In this document: in pieces, positions 63,863-64,000 of the stretch
Position numbering within the stretch: position 1 is the first letter of the stretch
Layout of the letters: every line of letters begins with the position of its first letter
Assembly: GCA_964247055.1 (NCBI GenBank)
Contig: OZ176051.1
Coordinates: forward strand, 12,214,001-12,278,000
Length of the DNA: 64,000 nucleotides
Origin: Paragordius varius
Lineage: Eukaryota; Animalia; Nematomorpha
Reading direction: 5' to 3'
Made by a program: the position numbers and the translations under genes
The notes under the pieces: generated by a model
Told to the model about the DNA's origin: nothing
The model's database searches: none
What the model saw: only the letters and a program-made list of their open reading frames with translations

Positions 63863-64000
63863 CAAGGGTGTGCAACACAAATGGTTAAATTTGCATTAAA
63901 AAATAAACAAATAAGCATCAATAATATTTTATCATAAAATCATGATAATGAAAAAATATACATAATTTTTTTTTTCATTGACAAAATTTGGAATTGCCTA
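63863..64000. mobile_element. Terminus of a hAT MITE of the 32627 family, running off the window edge
   Basis: CAAGGGTGTGCAACACAAATGG matches the reverse complement of the right end of the 32627-32889 element. Confidence 0.7.

Overview
AT-rich eukaryotic (bilaterian invertebrate) nuclear DNA in the standard genetic code. No rRNA, tRNA or CRISPR was found. Three intact multi-exon genes lie on the minus strand and were reconstructed exon by exon with consistent splice phases: the ER t-SNARE USE1 (5861-10210), Wnt7 (16036 to at least 28087) and mitochondrial EF-Tu (41649-48094). Other coding sequence comprises a Ly6/uPAR-like GPI-anchored terminal exon nested antisense in a USE1 intron, orphan Cys-rich and Thr/Pro-rich exons (55.7-59.6 kb) and a possible 7TM-receptor remnant. 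The rest is dense with transposons: an RTE LINE inserted antisense into its own family member, Buster/Charlie-type hATs and their MITEs, three mariners, a Gypsy relic and a ~480-bp MITE family. The most striking observations are (1) ultra-short 23-37 nt GT-AG introns, required by the reading frames of USE1 and EF-Tu, coexisting with introns up to 8 kb; (2) an HDV-like ribozyme fold antisense in an EF-Tu intron; (3) an ~80-aa insert in Wnt7; and (4) a C-terminally extended EF-Tu. All homology calls come from recognising motifs by eye; no database searches were run.
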